Positions 62,035-64,000 of a DNA stretch of 64,000 nt are shown piece by piece. The DNA is from Isurus oxyrinchus (taxonomy: Eukaryota). The notes under the pieces are model-generated. The model had not been told where the DNA came from and made no database searches. It saw only the letters and a program-made list of their open reading frames with translations. The first letter of the stretch is position 1. Every line of letters starts with the position of its first letter. The stretch spans positions 38,378,001-38,442,000 of the forward strand of contig JANJGN010000001.1 of assembly GCA_026770705.1 (NCBI GenBank), given 5' to 3'. Made by a program: the position numbers and the translations under genes.

Positions 62035-62575
62035 AGTCCATTTTGAGCACAGACAGATCCTGAAAATGGCAACAGGATAAGTAAAAACTGTGTCTGTTTT
62101 TGGTAACATTGTTTAAAAAAGGAATATTGATCAGGACACCAGGAGGACATCATGCTCTTCTTTCAAATCATGGTTATAGGGTCTTTAACAATCGAAACAG
62201 ACAGACAGGTCCACAGTGTATTATCTTCTCCAAAGGACGTCATCTTCTTTATTGTGCTTAATTCAATGGTGTCAGCCTAGCTTATGTATTCAAACACTGA
62301 AACCAGGCTTGAATCAACATGTCAAAACAAAAACAGAATTACCTGGAAAAACTCAGCAGGTCTGGCAGCATCGGCGGAAAAGAAAAGAGTTGACGTTTTG
62401 AGTCCTTAAACGTCAACTCTTTTCTTCTCCGCCGATGCTGCCAGACCTGCTGAGTTTTTCCAGGTAACTCTGTTTTTGTTTTGGATTTCCAGCATCCGCA
62501 GTTTTTTTGTTTTTATTTTTGAATCAACATGTCTCTGAGTCATGGCATGAGTGTGCTAACTGAGCAAACCTGACC
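62035..62575 (-). mobile_element. Deu-domain SINE, degenerate, host of a Penelope hairpin
   Basis: Minus strand reads CTAGGCTGACACC...GATTTGAAAGAAGAGCA..TCCTGGTGTCCTGATCAATATT. Confidence 0.6.
62324..62518. mobile_element. Penelope pLTR fold-back insertion
   Basis: 75-bp arms (62324-62398 / 62408-62482) with 2 mismatches. 15-bp TSD TTGAATCAACATGTC. Confidence 0.93.
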
Positions 62576-63384
62576 TTAGTGATTTCAACTTGTAGCTATT
62601 GCTTTAATTGCTAATTGTAAGTGTTAGATTGATTCATATACTGATAGGACACTCCAGTACCTGAGCATGTAATCCATGTCAGCCATTAGACTCAGACATG
62701 GATGTGGGCTACTAGTGAATGATGTAAAGGAGTCGGCCTTATGTTCTTGCGCATGAGCAGCTTTGGTGTGCCTCAACAGCACCAGCTCTGCCTGTGGCCC
62801 ATTGGCCTCAGTAAATAGACAATTAAAATAAAAGTTTATGAATATTAATTTCTGTCACATGTAACTCAATCTAAAACAATCCAACTTTATTGAGTCTAAT
62901 AAGAAGGTGCTACCTTGAGTCTGCTCAAGGTTAGATGCAGATTATGTGTTCAGTATTTTGTACTTCAGCAAATGTTTGTGAAGAAAGGACAGCTATTGCA
63001 GTGTATAAGTCCTTAAAATGTTACTCATTAATAAAATTAAAAGAAGATTTTGTAATTCAGACAATATTCAAAATGACTTTTGTTCTACAAAATGACAATG
63101 TTATTGCTAAAAGAGCAAAACTGGTGGACTGCTTTCATTGTTGTATTCAGCCAGCCTGAGACTTCCAGAAACATTTATTATTTTGCATTATTTGGAAAGA
63201 CAACACCCAGTGGCTCAGCTGCTCAATTTGGAGCTTGTGGACCCCAGTGAGTGTAACAGTGAAGTTGGGGTGGACAGTGTTCTTGGGCTGGGGAAATTGT
63301 GTAGAGTTTCTACCTTGAACGTAATTGATGATCTGGGTGCAAATTGTACCCAAAATTCCCCTGTTTTGAGGGGAACCAATAAAT

Positions 63385-63689
63385 GCAATGCATTTGGGTT
63401 TTGAAAAGGCATTTGATAAAGTGCCACATAAAAGGTTACTACTCGGGATAAGAGCGTATGGTGTTGGAGGTGATATATTAGCATGGATGGAGGACTGGCT
63501 AACTCTCAGGAAACAGAGAGTCAGGATAAATTGGTCATTTTCAGATTGGCAAACTGTAACTAGTGGAGTGCCACAGGGATCACTGCTGAGGCCTCAGTTA
63601 TTTACAATTTAAGGGACCGACTGTATTGTAGCCAAATTTGCTGATGATACAAAGATAGGCAGGAACGCAAATTGTGAGAAGGATACAAA
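63385..63689 (+). mobile_element. CR1 RT fragment
   Basis: FEKAFDKVPHKRLL..WMEDWL..RKQRV..VTSGVPQGS..KFADDTK. Confidence 0.9.
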
Positions 63690-64000
63690 GGGAGGAATCA
63701 TCCCAGATTTGCACCAAATGCTGTAGTGGACATTTTATCCTCCAGCCACAATAGTGGTTTTTCACGCCATATCATCCCATACCCGCCGCATTAATTATGC
63801 ATTCCCAGGAAACACGCCATTTCCATGGCGGGCAGGCTTTCATTCGCCTGCCACGCCATCAACTCAGTGCTTCATCACACCAGGCACCATATTTAAAGTT
63901 CAGCCGTGTGCACACCTCTCAATGCTTCCAGCCCACAACTACTGCATGGAAGACAGGATGGCCTTGAAAGGCAAAAAGACTGCAGTCCCCAGGTTAAGTG
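63690..64000 (+). mobile_element. Harbinger element 5' end with the start of its Myb gene, running off the window
   Basis: Homologous to 36735-37050; MALKGKKTAVPRLS from 63958. Confidence 0.75.

Noticed and set aside
63138-63384. Overlapping short ORFs before the CR1 RT fragment
   Set aside because: No motif I can support.

Overview
This is vertebrate non-coding DNA, almost certainly from a cartilaginous fish (shark-type CR1/HER1-like LINEs, Deu-domain SINEs, Penelope pLTR fragments). Most of it is a nested graveyard of degenerate transposons: CR1 LINEs with a SGNH-esterase ORF1, a second CR1-group LINE family ('family B'), Penelope elements, PIF/Harbinger elements and MITEs, a hAT Buster/Charlie element, and Gypsy LTR elements with solo LTRs. 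I could not support any intact host protein-coding exon. The main signal is two unrelated, oppositely oriented Gypsy-derived LTR elements (7024-11222 + and 12968-17450 -) that both carry the same host-like coiled-coil sequence. It resembles the large coiled-coil region of UACA/RAI14/ANKRD24/ANKRD35 proteins (recognised from memory, not by search). In the second element this cargo replaces RT/RNase H and is in frame with the protease. Secondary signals are an ORF1-less LINE with a tRNA-like head plus its internally deleted SINE, an inverted copy of a LINE integration junction, Penelope hammerhead and hairpin elements, and an 80-bp monomer array in a CR1 5' UTR. Boundaries of old repeats are approximate unless a TSD or TIR is quoted.
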